DNA from: Tubulanus polymorphus
Taxonomy: Eukaryota; Animalia; Nemertea
Direction: 5' to 3'
Assembly (NCBI RefSeq): GCF_964204645.1
Contig: NC_134026.1
Coordinates: 5,913,950 to 5,977,949, forward strand
DNA length: 64,000 nucleotides
This document shows, piece by piece, positions 25,601 to 36,689 of the stretch. Under the pieces are notes generated by a model that was not told the DNA's origin, made no database searches, and worked only from the letters and a program-made list of their open reading frames with translations. The stretch's first letter is position 1. Each line of letters opens with the position of its first letter. Both the position numbers and the translations under genes were made by a program.

Positions 25601-28600
25601 TCATAAAAACCTTAACATCAGGTGACCTAGCTCAGTCAGGTTTTGTGATGCATACCCGATGCAGGTTTAAGGACCAGAATGGACTTGCGATGAACTAAAA
25701 CATCAATTTTTAATCCATTTTACACTACATTCAAGGATTCCCAAAAATTCTTCATTGAAAGTAGTTGCATCAAAGAAAAGAAAGAGACACCATTTTTTGT
25801 AAAAAACAAATAAAACAATATGCAGCTCCATGGCTACCAAATGAAGTTTTTTCAAATCATCAATTTATGGATTGTAGGCATGGAAACACATAATTGAACA
25901 TTCAAATTATGGCGTCACTATTCTCTATTCCATCTAAAGAGTTGAAATAGACATTAGACAGTCAACCCCCAAAATATAGCCAGTCCTGCCCAATGTCAAG
26001 TTTATTCTGTGAACAGGCGTTGACTCCAAATAAAAATTCGCTGTAAAAGATCACCAATCATTCTCCAAAAAAAAAAATATAAAAGTTTGAACGAAAGACT
26101 TGAATGAATTCAGTCGAAACGAATTGATACAATAGAATTGTTCTAGCAATATAAACCAGCTAAAACGATACTGACACCGACAACTCATTTCTGGTATGGA
26201 GTGGAGTATGCTAGGCTCACAGTGCACCTGTCCACTTAAATCCACTTACATAACAAACACTCGGGCAGGCACATGTTCACGACTGCGCCAGGCAGGCTGT
26301 TCAAATTGTGTATTATTCCATATACACAGAAATACGCATAAAAGGCATTCACAGTCTCAATTATCCCCAGAAGCTGAACTAAGAAAAAGCCATCTACATC
26401 ATGCAAGTTGGTGTGGAACCCATGTTCAAGACAAATACCCGGTAGCTTTTTGAAAATATTGATAAATCTTAGGACAGCGGTAGCCATTTAGTGGTGACAG
26501 AATGTTAGATATTGTTGTGAAACTATACCAGCCAAGCACATTTTGCTTGAAGTTTCATTTACACTTACCAAATTAGGACCGAACATATGATTCAAGACTA
26601 CATGGTATATAGACTCGACATTTTGCACACCCCTGCACCCTCCCCTTGGGTCTGCGCCGCCAAATTGGCCGTCAATTCAATGCAAGATTTAAATGACAGA
26701 TTCCCGAAATCTGTAGATGACCAGATTATCTTGGTATGTTGTTATGTATGGCAATTCTCTGAATTCACTGACCATCAAAACAAACTATGACATCATCATG
26801 AATAAGATCTCTATACATGCCTACAGTTCATCACCGTAAATATAAAACAGAATATTCCATTCCATCTATCGTTGAAATATGTAATTACCAGAAGGCTTTT
26901 AATTACCAGATCTTTTTAAAACAGAAGGCCAGCTTTGAAGAATTCATACCACAATGTCTGATGGTAGGTGGTTCATTGACAGCAGATTGATATAACATCG
27001 ATATATTTCAATAGACTCACCGACATCTTTCCAATTCTGACATTTTGCCCGTCTAAAAAGTTTATCGTAGTAGCTGATATCATTGCTTCGCGGTAACGTT
27101 TGTGCCCTTGCATTGGATTACCCTGAAGTATATATGTACGTGGTCAATTCAATGAAATCATGTAGCTCAAAAGCTTATCTATGGCATTTATTGTTTGAAC
27201 GGAAAAGCCCAATTCATCCAGAAATACTCAACTAACAGCATTCGTGTTCAACAAACAAAATTGTATATAACAAACATAAAAGAGGATTATAAATAATATC
27301 TGTAGTACGTGCTAGTTTTTACTACTATACAGGGCAGTAAGTATCCACTGGATCCAGTTCCACAGTTCTGAGTTAAGATTTGACGCAGAGTAAACTCATT
27401 GAAAATGAACTAATTTCAACGCAGAGTTAACTCGCAACACTGTGGAACTGGATCCTGGATTTTATCATAATCTTGATTAACCTGATACTGATTAGAGACT
27501 GGTTTCCCAGCCAGCAATTTCCTGCCGGCTCGAAATTGACCCCTAACTGGAATCAAACGTTGAATCTTACCCGGAATGAGACGAGTTCCAGTTTACCGAG
27601 ACGCCGGAGGCTTTCGCACGTTCCGACGAGATCTTCGATCAGGTTCTCATCGGCGTTTATGCTGACGAGTTCCGTGCAAGCAGACGTGGGAAGAATGGAT
27701 TTCTGAATTAATACGGTAACAACATTGAACAACGATGCATGAGTACGGCAAAGAAATTCAATGCTTTAACGCAATTCCGAAGCAATGCATGATTTTCATT
27801 TTACCAGGGCCGAGTTTCACGAAAAAGTTGAACTAAAATGTTTGGTTTTCGTAATTGACATTGGGTTACTTCATGATTTCGTTTTGAAAACAATTCAAAC
27901 TTAAACTGTTTTAAGCTAAAACCTTGTTTTAAGCTGCTTAAACTTTTACGTGAAACTAAACCCTGCATGATTGGTTTCGTAGTTAGATCTGACAGTGGAA
28001 CCAGTTTAGTTGTACTTTCAGATAAGAAGACAAGGGAAAGATCAACATCAAAAGTCAATTCTCAATTATCCACCACATTGTTAGAACCAATGCCTTGTTG
28101 ACGGAGAACTGAACATCTGGGCAGAAAAACGGAGGGTAGTGGCAGTGTTCATTGGAAGAAAGGGACGGCTCCCGAATCGACGTTTAGATTCAGCACTTAC
28201 GATTTTATTCTTCTGTATGAATAATTCGCGTAAATTTGCGAGTACGTGGATTCCTTCGAGAGTTTCGATCTGCAATTCAATCACCCATTTATGTTAATCA
28301 TCAAAGACACCGACAGAATATCAAGAATATCAAGATCCTGAATGAAAATTCCAAGTTCCAAAAGAACTGTCGCAAAAGAACAAACTTACGTCGTTATGAT
28401 CCAAATGCAATTTCGTTAGATTCGATAGAATAGGCATGTCTTTGATATCTACGATGCGATTCATGCTCAAGTGAAGCTCTCGAAGTTCTAAACACCGAGA
28501 AAGACTGATCACCGATTGCAGAAAATTGTGCGACAAATTCAAGCACCTCAGTTGTCGACAGACTTCGATACCGCTGCAACTGAAAAATGAAGGTCATGGT

Positions 28601-29475
28601 AATCGATTTTTTGAAAATTGAGAAAAGTAGGCAACTTTGTGTTTTTCGAATGGAACTTATTACTAATAACTTACTTTGTTATTCTGTTGATCGATGCGTT
28701 CAAACTACGGAGGTTGTGGAAGTGAACGAGTCCGTCGTAATCCAGTATACGAATGTCATTCACCGATATATCTAGATGTAGTATCTTAGACGGCTGATCT
28801 ATTGGCGACGTGACTTTAGGTTGAACAGCTCTGAAACATCCATAGTATAGTATAGTCAATATCTATTTACTCATTACAGTGAGTTTTACAAGCAGGTCGG
28901 ATAGGAAACATAATTCAGGTAACAAAACTTTTCCAGTGTGATGGCAGATTAAGAGTAGAGATCATTCAATTATAACGTAGGTACCCATAAAATTTGAATT
29001 GTTCAACCCACCTCGTAGCCTACACAAAATTTTTTCGTATACATTAAGCATTACAGGTTGCAACTGCACTGACTCCACTCCCTTCCCCCAATGCGTACAT
29101 AATAAATGAATGACCCTGTATGCAACCAATACAAGTTATACAAACAAGGTTCAATGCGCGACACCGGTAGTTCTGTCGCTGGCGCCCGAGAAGAAACTAA
29201 ATCTACTCAATCGTACTACACTTCATCATACGTTCTCGGGTTTTAGTTTATCTAAGATTTTCCAAATTCTGGAAAAAGATACGCTCAAAAAGTGAAGTGT
29301 GGACTTACCGATCATTAAACCACCGAAATCCGTAACGCAGTGTATTCAACTGACACATTTTCAAAACTAACTGTAAATACGACACGTTCGATTTCGAGAC
29401 GTCCCATGAATCCGGTATATTTGAAATATGCGACAGTTTCTTTTCGACGAGTTCTCTGGAGATATACGTCGCCAT
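22677..29475 (-). CDS. SDS22-type leucine-rich-repeat protein with LRRcap and C-terminal coiled coil, copy 1 (11 exons, ~416 aa)
   Basis: Exons 29475-29309, 28830-28675, 28579-28390, 28269-28201, 27702-27571, 27122-27021, 25492-25365, 25107-25042, 24363-24288, 23872-23777, 22745-22677; all GT-AG, phases consistent, 1251 nt open. LRRs such as LRSLNASINRI, LRCLNLSHNFL, LRELHLSMNRI, LTKLHLDHNDI, LRELFIQKNKI; cap GNPMQGHKRYRE...FLDG. Extra in-frame exons cannot be excluded. Confidence 0.82.
23982..24171. repeat. ~190-bp intronic palindrome, possibly Penelope-like-derived (duplicate at ~43049-43238; half copy at ~15812-15910)
   Basis: Arms AGATTTAAAAAGTTTTAAAATC...TTCAATC / GATTGAATAAATTC...AAAACTTTTAAAATCT around a central CTGAT.ATGATCTC...GAAAC motif. 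Confidence 0.5.
27350..27455. mobile_element. ~110-bp MITE in LRR-gene intron (duplicate at 46416-46521)
   Basis: Perfect 16-bp TIR GGATCCAGTTCCACAG / CTGTGGAACTGGATCC. Confidence 0.75.
27805..27965. mobile_element. ~160-bp MITE in LRR-gene intron (duplicate at 46871-47031)
   Basis: Imperfect TIRs CAGGGCCGAGTTTCACG / CGTGAAACTAAACCCTG. Confidence 0.55.
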
Positions 29476-30121
29476 AGCAAACAGTGGCACTTCAATTTTC
29501 AAGTTCCAGAGGCCAGATAGTGGAAAGACTGAAATGGAAGTGCCATTTGATACAACATATTTCTATTCAAGAACTTTGCATTTTTGGCTTAATTATTGTG
29601 GGATTTCTTGCGTTTATTCATCATACACGGATATTGTGTATCTTAGCGACTCGTAAAGTGGTGCAGTAGAGCTAAAAAATGTATGCCTTACGACAATAGT
29701 CAATAGTCTCTGGTTTAGTTCAGGGTCCCTATAGATCATTCATCCCTGGATATGAGGAATTTTCAAAGATTTGAAGGAGAAAATTTCACTATAAAGAATT
29801 GTCTGCATCTCTTTCCTGACCTATCCCAATTACAGCAGACTCCTCAAAAATCTGTTCTGTTTATCTGGGTAAATTATCAATTAGGGGTTGCGATCAATAG
29901 CGATATGACTGACACTCAGTGAAGTGTATGCCATTGGAGTTTTAATATACCGGTAGTTGGATAGACAATTGGATAGATTTGTCAAACAAACCACTAAAGC
30001 CCAGAATCATGAAAGCGTTCTAAAACCTCATTAGACTCAGTGGCATTGGAACGGCAGCTTGAATGAACATCCAAAAATATACGTCTAGTTCAGGTGAGCT
30101 AAGAAGTTAGGTAGTACTAAA

Positions 30122-30215
30122 CACCGACCAAAACTGTCCAAAACTGTCTGATACCGACCAAAAGCTGTCCAATACCGACCAAAAGCTGCCAAACACCCAT
30201 CAAAATCCTCCCAAC
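30122..30215 (+). repeat. Short degenerate tandem repeat (ACCGACCAAAA(G)CTGTCCAA units; duplicate at ~49188-49281)
   Basis: Three to four consecutive units visible directly. Confidence 0.6.
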
Positions 30216-30581
30216 CAAAATTCCTGGTCTCATTTGACAGTGTGGATAAAATCAGCGGAAATCTTGCCCAACCCACCATCCACGATTTCATGAATCATGT
30301 ATATCCGGTGTTAACCGCCAAATTGAAACTTCGTCCTTGGCCAGATTTCTCAAGTTTCCATTCCCAAAAGCCGAATAAAAATCAAGAATCAAAACTCTAA
30401 TAAAAGTTTGAATCTGTTCTAAATCTACATAATATCTAATATCTGTTTAAATCTACAGTACGATTTCAATTAGTTAGTTACCTAATCGTTGGTGGTAAGC
30501 TTTTATAATCGGATGGGCTTATACCAACGTTAGGGATGACAAGGGCCAAAACACGGTTGAAAAAAGTAACACTTCAAAAAT

Positions 30582-31425
30582 TAGTCAGTAACCTGTCTGT
30601 GGTTTAGTTTCACAATCGGATATTTTCACAAACCACAGTCAGGAATGGGAAGGTCATTTTTGTATGAAATCTTCGTCAGCCAATTTGACTGACGAGTAAT
30701 TTGCCTGGCATTTCATTGTCTCTTAAGATATCCGTCTAATTTTTGTTGTAATCGACGCACAACAGATTCGTAGTTTGTCTGATACCTATAACACCTCACC
30801 TGACGATCTTAATCCATGTGCAAATCGGCCGTAAAGTGAGAGTAAATTTCCGTCGGGTCAACAGCTGCCATTTTGAAAATTACTGGAGGTGGTGGCACCT
30901 GTGGACTGAGGCCAGGACAACAGCACAAACTAACGAAGCGAAACGACGAAATTGAAAAAAATTAAGAAATCAACACTTATTCACATTTTTCTTTTACCAG
31001 AATTTATTATTTCATAATTTAATATGGAAAACCTGAAGATTTAAAATATAAGTTGGAAAACCATCAAAAATAAAAATTGTCGTTTCGCCTTGGAAGTTTT
31101 ATATAAATCCTTGTAGGTCCCCTTGTCTTATCATGCCACATGTGCAATACAGAGAAATGGCGGCCAATGGCGAAATTGGTGGAGAAATTAATTAATTTCT
31201 CAAAATAATGTTGATTAACCACTCGAAACATACATGAAATTGGATTATTTCGAAAGGTACCTGTGTTAGATTGTGAATTAAGCCATTAATTTTGGACTGA
31301 AGTGAATATAAAGTATATTTTTGAAGTGTTACTTTTTTCAACCGTGTTTTGGTCCTTGTCATCCCTAACGTTATAAGCCCATCCGATTATAAAAAGCTTA
31401 CCACCAACGATTAGGTAACTAACTA
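30582..31425 (+). mobile_element. Inner 844-bp copy of the same MULE-like element, inserted in opposite orientation
   Basis: 9-bp TSD TTCAAAAAT (30573-30581, 31426-31434). Termini TAGTCAGTAACC...GGTAACTAACTA. Confidence 0.88.
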
Positions 31426-31847
31426 TTCAAAAATATACTTTCTATCCACTTCAGTCCACAATTAATGGCTTATTTCACAAACTTACACAGGTACCTTTCG
31501 AAATAATCCAATTTTATGCATGTTTCGAGTGGTTAATCAACATTATTTTGAGAAATTAATTAATTTCTCCACAAATTTCGCCATTGGCCGCCATTTCTCA
31601 GTATTGCACATGTGGCATGATAAGACAAGGGGACCTACAAGGATTTATATAAAACTTCCAAGACGAAACGACAATTTTTATTTTTGATGGTTTTCCAACC
31701 TATATTTCAAATCTTCGTGTTTTCCTTAATTAATATTTAAATAATAAATTCTGGTAAAAGAAAAATGTGAATAAGTGTTGATTTCTTAATATTTTTCAAT
31801 TTCGTCGTTTCGCTTTGTTAGTTTGTGCTGTTGTCCTGGCCTCAGTC

Positions 31848-33246
31848 AAGTTCAAGTTCAAGTTCAAGTTCAAATTTATTTCACAGAAAGCATGACAGGC
31901 TATGTACACAGGTTGAGAGAAAACAAACAATAAAATTTACAATTTTTTTAAACAAAGCACAATTATAAAAGAGAGAGAGAGGACAGTAGCTTTCAGTGTG
32001 GGCCAAGCAAAGCCTTTAGGCCGCTGTCGCAAGCACCCAGGGAAAAAAAACGAAAGGGAAATGAAGAAATAAAGTGGAAGGAAATGAAAGTTGATGATTT
32101 TTGATAATTTCAGGAGAGTTTATATGAGTAAGCTAGAGGGTTCAGGAGAGTGAGCAATTATAACAATTAGGGTTATTACATTGATGGATATCATTGTAGG
32201 TGGAGGTGAGATATGGTCTGAGTTTACGTTTTAAATTTTGTTTGCTTGTTTGTAGGATATCATTGGAAAAAGGTAGTTTTTGCCAGATGTTTGAAAGAAT
32301 GTTTTGAGGTGAATTTTGATGCGGGGTTGGCGGTGTTTGTTTTGAAAATAAAGAATATGCGTGGTCTAAATATATGCTTTTTCTGATGTTGACTAAAGGA
32401 GATAAGTTTTCCGCGGTGAAGTAATTAGAAAAGTAATGGGGTGAAGATTTGATGGTGTTTTGAATAAAAAGTGCAGTTTTAAGGATGAGGACATCATTGA
32501 TTTTGAGGATTTCAAGATTTTTAAAAAGTGGGTCTGTGTGTGCAGTGTACTTAGAGTTGGTGATTATTCGAACAATCTTCTTTTGGATTAGGAGGCATTT
32601 TTTATTATAAGGCGAGTGGCCCCAAGCCAACAAGCCATAGTTCAAATGAGGATAGACTAAGGTGTAGTAAAGAGAAAGTAAATTTTGTGTGTCTAGGATG
32701 TTTTTAGTTTTGTTTATGATACCAGTAATTTGTGAAATTTTCTTGTGTATTTTGTCGATATGTGGTTTCCAGTTCAGATTTTCATGTATTGTCAAGCCGA
32801 GGAAATCTATTTGTTTTACTCTTTCAAGTTCAAAGTTGCCTATTTTGATTTGTTGTATGTGGTTTATGAATGGTCTTCTCTGATAATTATGAAATATGAT
32901 ATATTTAGTTTTGTTCAGATTAGGGGTTAGTTTATTAGCGATAAGCCAGTCATTCAATATGTTTAGGTCATAATTGATATACTGTATGAGTGTGTTGAGG
33001 TGTGTATGAGAAGCAATGCAATTTGTATCGTCAGCGAATAATATGTACTTCATGTTTACCGTGGAGGCATAGATATCATTGATGTAAATTAGAAAGAGGA
33101 GTGGACCTAGGATGGAACCCTGGGGTACACCGATGTTTGAGGATAGTGTAGAGGAGTTGTAGGATTTGTACGAAACGTATTGTTGACGATTAGAAAGATA
33201 TGAGGAAAACCAATCTCTTGCTATTCCTCGGATGCCGTAATTCGTA
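31848..33246 (-). mobile_element. 5'-truncated non-LTR retrotransposon (CR1/L2-group-like LINE), RT C-terminal part plus 3' UTR
   Basis: Open frame to stop at 32142 with YGIRG..WFSSYLSNR, GVPQGSILGPLLFLIYIND, ILFADDT, FLG motifs. AATAAA followed by a (TTGAAC)n tail at 31848-31873. AGTC on both flanks. Confidence 0.9.
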
Positions 33247-34665
33247 AGTCCACAGGTGCCAGCACCTCCAGTAATTTTCAAAATGGCAGCTGTTGACTCT
33301 ACGGAAATTTACTCTCACTTTACGGCCGATTTGCACATGGATTAAGATCATCAGGTGAGGTGTTATAGGTATCAGACAAACTACGAATCTGTTGTGCGTC
33401 GATTACAACAAAAATTAGACGGATATCTTAAGAGACAATGAAATGCCAGGCAAATTAATCGTCAGTCAAATTGGCTGACGAAGATTTCATACAAAAATGA
33501 CCTTCCCATTCCTGACTGTGGTTTGTGAAAATATCCGATCGTGAAACTAAACCACAGACAGGTTACTGACTAGATTTCAATATGAAACAAAATTGGAGTT
33601 ACTTTCTTTCCAGTTTCATTGACAACATTTAAATGATTTCCTTACTTAAGTCACCGACAAGAGGTTGTTTTCGAATCGCGATGTGATTTCTTGCTATGAA
33701 AAATTCAATCAAGCATTGACCGCGGCTCTGTGGTTGTTTGTTCACTTGTTTGTTTGCGTTCGTATTGCTTTACGCGGACATTACTGAATTGAATTGATTG
33801 TGTTGAAGTGTCGGAGACGGATTAGGAATGTGTAAATCAATTCAATTTTACTTAATTCACATCATATTTCGCGGATTCTCAATAATGACCCTTCTCGTCT
33901 TTTACGGATCAATCCATCTTTTAGTTTGATTTTGATGGTTTTCAAAATCGTTTGGTTAAAACCGCTTTAAACCATCTAAGACGGTTGGTGAGTTGGAGTG
34001 AATAATTGTGTGTTTGAGTGTGACCGTGCCGGCCGCACACTGGGACTGAGGCCCGGACTTGTCACAATTGGTCAGTCTGTGAACTTGAATAAAACCCGGT
34101 ATCAATGACCAACCCCAGTATCCCTGTATAATAGAAAAAACTGAAGTGCCACCCTTGTTTTTTAGGGATAGTGGGGTTGATCATTGATACTGGTTTTTCA
34201 TTCACCCATCAGTCAATCAGTGACGCCCTGTGATTCCACCCCTAATTTGTAGACAGCTTACCGGTCTGGCACCGACAACCAGTCTAATAATAGCTGCTTC
34301 AGTTTCTTTACAGGCTGATTTGAACGAAATACATGTACGTATGTAGGAACGAAAAATTGCATTCATGGTCTTTTGACCAAGGACTTAAAACTTAACCTAA
34401 AAAGTCGAATTCAATAACTATTAGTGGACCAATGCAACCGAAAAATCCCATTGCATTAGTCCCAACCAGGCCCTTATTATCGTTTTGCTTTTCCCTAGTT
34501 TTGAATTTCTAGATTCTAATTTGAAAACGTAAGCCAATACGGAGTTCACTGATGATTGGTACCGGGTAACCGAAAGAAAAATTCAATAAAACAAAAACCC
34601 GATATTCAAGCCTTTGTAGATTTTATTTGTATTCAGTTTTAGACACACTAACTAAGGTTATAACT

Positions 34666-34772
34666 CGGCAGTCACCTCTCTTAGCGTGTTTTGATATTAT
34701 TTTATCGTACGAGTTACGGATGTATTTGATAATGCGTTCTGTTTGCGATTTCAACTCGTCAACATATCGGTG
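34666..34772 (-). pseudogene. Relic of toxin-like paralog (HRYVDELKSQTERIIKYIRNSYDKIISKHAKRGDC); duplicate at 52123-52229
   Basis: Direct translation aligns with the C-terminal third of the 413-aa protein and shares the KSQT variant with the pseudogene at 54945-55815. Confidence 0.8.
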
Positions 34773-35447
34773 CTACCCCTGGATCCGCGCCTGCAAAATA
34801 CCTAACTCCTCGCGTGAACAGCTATGCACAATGCTTGTAATCGAACGAAGTTTCATTTGTCATGACAAGTGCACTTTTACCAACAAAACTGCAAACGAAA
34901 TGTTTATCGGCCCCGTGCTACCTCAAGTTTTTACGCCTCGGAAAGAATACCCCAAGAAAACATAAGAAAACGATATTTGAGCATTTGAAGCTTTTTTGCA
35001 CGCATTCAGTTTTATACACACAAAACTATTATAAAACATACTAACTATTAAAAGACTAAACATGAAGCAACACACAAACTTTTATATATTTTCAATTAGT
35101 TATTCTAGGTATACTCATTAAACGAACGTATAAAAATAAAGACAGTTTGTTGCTGTTGGATGCTATCACAAACTAACAAATTTTTCATGCCTTCATTTGG
35201 CATTATATATTACCAGGTCAATTATCGAATTAATCCAAATCATGTGACTGATGTTCTCATGACATTATTGGAAGGAGTGGAATTATAGTCGATGAAGTTG
35301 CAGCCGCGGATGAACGTATCGGTTACGATACTAGATAGATCCGGGTCCCTGGGGTACTTTTTATCCATTCGTTGAATAGCTTCTAGAATCTGGATGTTAC
35401 AATCAATCAGTTGAAATAAAATCACACGTTTCCATCCATGGTTACTA

Positions 35448-36689
35448 TTAATGGGCGGATTTGATTATTATCTCATATGTAGGAATAAGGTTAAGTACTT
35501 CACTATGCCAATAATTGCTAATATCAGTTTTCATTTTCTTTTGGAAATCGACAATTTTCGGTCTGAGTCGCTTCAGCGATATCTCTTTGTCTGCACCGTC
35601 TATCGCTCCAGCACGGGCATACATGGGTTCGTATACTTTCTTACCATCCGCACGAAAGGTTAACTTTACCTTGCATCTATCTTTGCTGTTGGAGAAGAAC
35701 CGATCGAAGAAGCAGTTGCAGTTGGTATAATCAGCTGTATGGACAGGTACAAGCCATCCTTCTTTTTTTGGTTTAGGTTTCGGGCATTCGATAGTTTTCT
35801 GGCAATCACCTTTGTTGGCGTGTTTTTTTATTATTTTATCGTACGAATTGCGGATGTATTTGATAATGCGTTCTGTTTTCGATTTCAGCTCGTCAACATA
35901 TCGGTGGTATCGTTTAGTGCCTATCTCTGATTTATCATCGCGATATGTGTCGATCAGTGTTTTCACATTCGTTATAAGTAAAAGCGCGTAATTTCTAAAC
36001 GATAGAAAGTTAGCTTCAATTCGCTTTACGTCATCAATCGATATCGTTGAAATAGGGGTATTTTCATGAAGGGCAAATTGCGGGAAATTAGCTATGATAT
36101 CATCACTAGCGTCTATCATGCATTCGTTGACGAGCTCTTTTGTTGCTTTCTTGATACAATTACTGAATAAGTTGAATAAGACTTTATACCTTCGTTCACC
36201 GAAGTCCTTTTCTAACTTGATGATTTTTTGATCAACATATCCCACCATGTCATCCAAACGCTGGTTTACTTCGTCGGTCAGTTCACTTATGGCTTGGTTC
36301 ACTTTATTCAGCATATCATTTATTGTCGGTTTCGTTACTGCGTCAAGGATGGCGAAACTAGCACCAAATACACCCAGTGCAGGTCCCAGTTTTGGAGCTA
36401 CTTTCGCAAAAGAGGACGCGAATTTACTTACTAGATTAAGAGAATGCATACTGAGAGTCGCAGTTTTAGCTACTGGTCCGAGAATTTTGTTCATGAAATT
36501 CGCTTCTAATTCTGCTTTTGGCGCAGTTATTTTGCTGGGCGTGATAGCCTTTCCACCCGGTATATAATGTGTGAAACTACATCCATCACCCACGAAGCCG
36601 TTTACTTTAACTCGGTAAGTTTTGCAGCAACCACGAGCGATACACAAAGCCAGCAACAGCAAGCTCACTGCTATTTTACCTGTCATCAT
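35448..36689 (-). CDS. Secreted ~413-aa protein A, putative alpha-helical pore-forming toxin-like (Cry domain I / jellyfish CaTX-CrTX-CfTX-like architecture)
   Basis: Single coding exon. Splice acceptor TTTAACAG precedes ATG at 36689. Signal-peptide-like MMTGKIAVSLLLLALCIARG; amphipathic then Gly-rich hydrophobic segment FASSFAKVAPKLGPALGVFGASFAILD; heptad helix ending YVDQKI; Cys-rich C-terminal part. The CDS is firm, the toxin assignment is inferred by eye. Confidence 0.85.
   Translation of the reverse strand: MMTGKIAVSLLLLALCIARGCCKTYRVKVNGFVGDGCSFTHYIPGGKAITPSKITAPKAELEANFMNKILGPVAKTATLSMHSLNLVSKFASSFAKVAPKLGPALGVFGASFAILDAVTKPTINDMLNKVNQAISELTDEVNQRLDDMVGYVDQKIIKLEKDFGERRYKVLFNLFSNCIKKATKELVNECMIDASDDIIANFPQFALHENTPISTISIDDVKRIEANFLSFRNYALLLITNVKTLIDTYRDDKSEIGTKRYHRYVDELKSKTERIIKYIRNSYDKIIKKHANKGDCQKTIECPKPKPKKEGWLVPVHTADYTNCNCFFDRFFSNSKDRCKVKLTFRADGKKVYEPMYARAGAIDGADKEISLKRLRPKIVDFQKKMKTDISNYWHSEVLNLIPTYEIIIKSAH

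Larger units (their letters stand above)
30471..33572 (-). mobile_element. Composite MULE-like non-autonomous element (outer ~846-bp copy) carrying two nested insertions
   Basis: 9-bp TSD GATTTCAAT (30462-30470, 33573-33581); empty site present in copy 2 (~49528-49536). Short TIRs TAGTTAGTTACCT / AGGTTACTGACTA. Removing the inserts rebuilds the reverse complement of 30582-31425. Confidence 0.88.

Noticed and set aside
25171-25698. 175-aa plus-strand ORF (duplicate at 44236-44763)
   Set aside because: Antisense to an LRR-gene exon and introns, non-ATG start, no recognisable motifs. Conservation only reflects the recent duplication.
30122-30215. CRISPR-like repeat-spacer array
   Set aside because: Contiguous degenerate tandem repeats without unique spacers, eukaryotic context, no cas genes.
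33247-33281. N-terminus MKITGGAGTCGL of the 379-aa RT ORF
   Set aside because: Comes from the flanking MULE-like element, a chance in-frame fusion with a 5'-truncated LINE.
35240-35425. 61-aa ORF downstream of each toxin-like gene (possible partner or immunity peptide)
   Set aside because: GTG start, lies in the probable 3' UTR, no motif. Identity across copies is uninformative because the flanks are equally identical.
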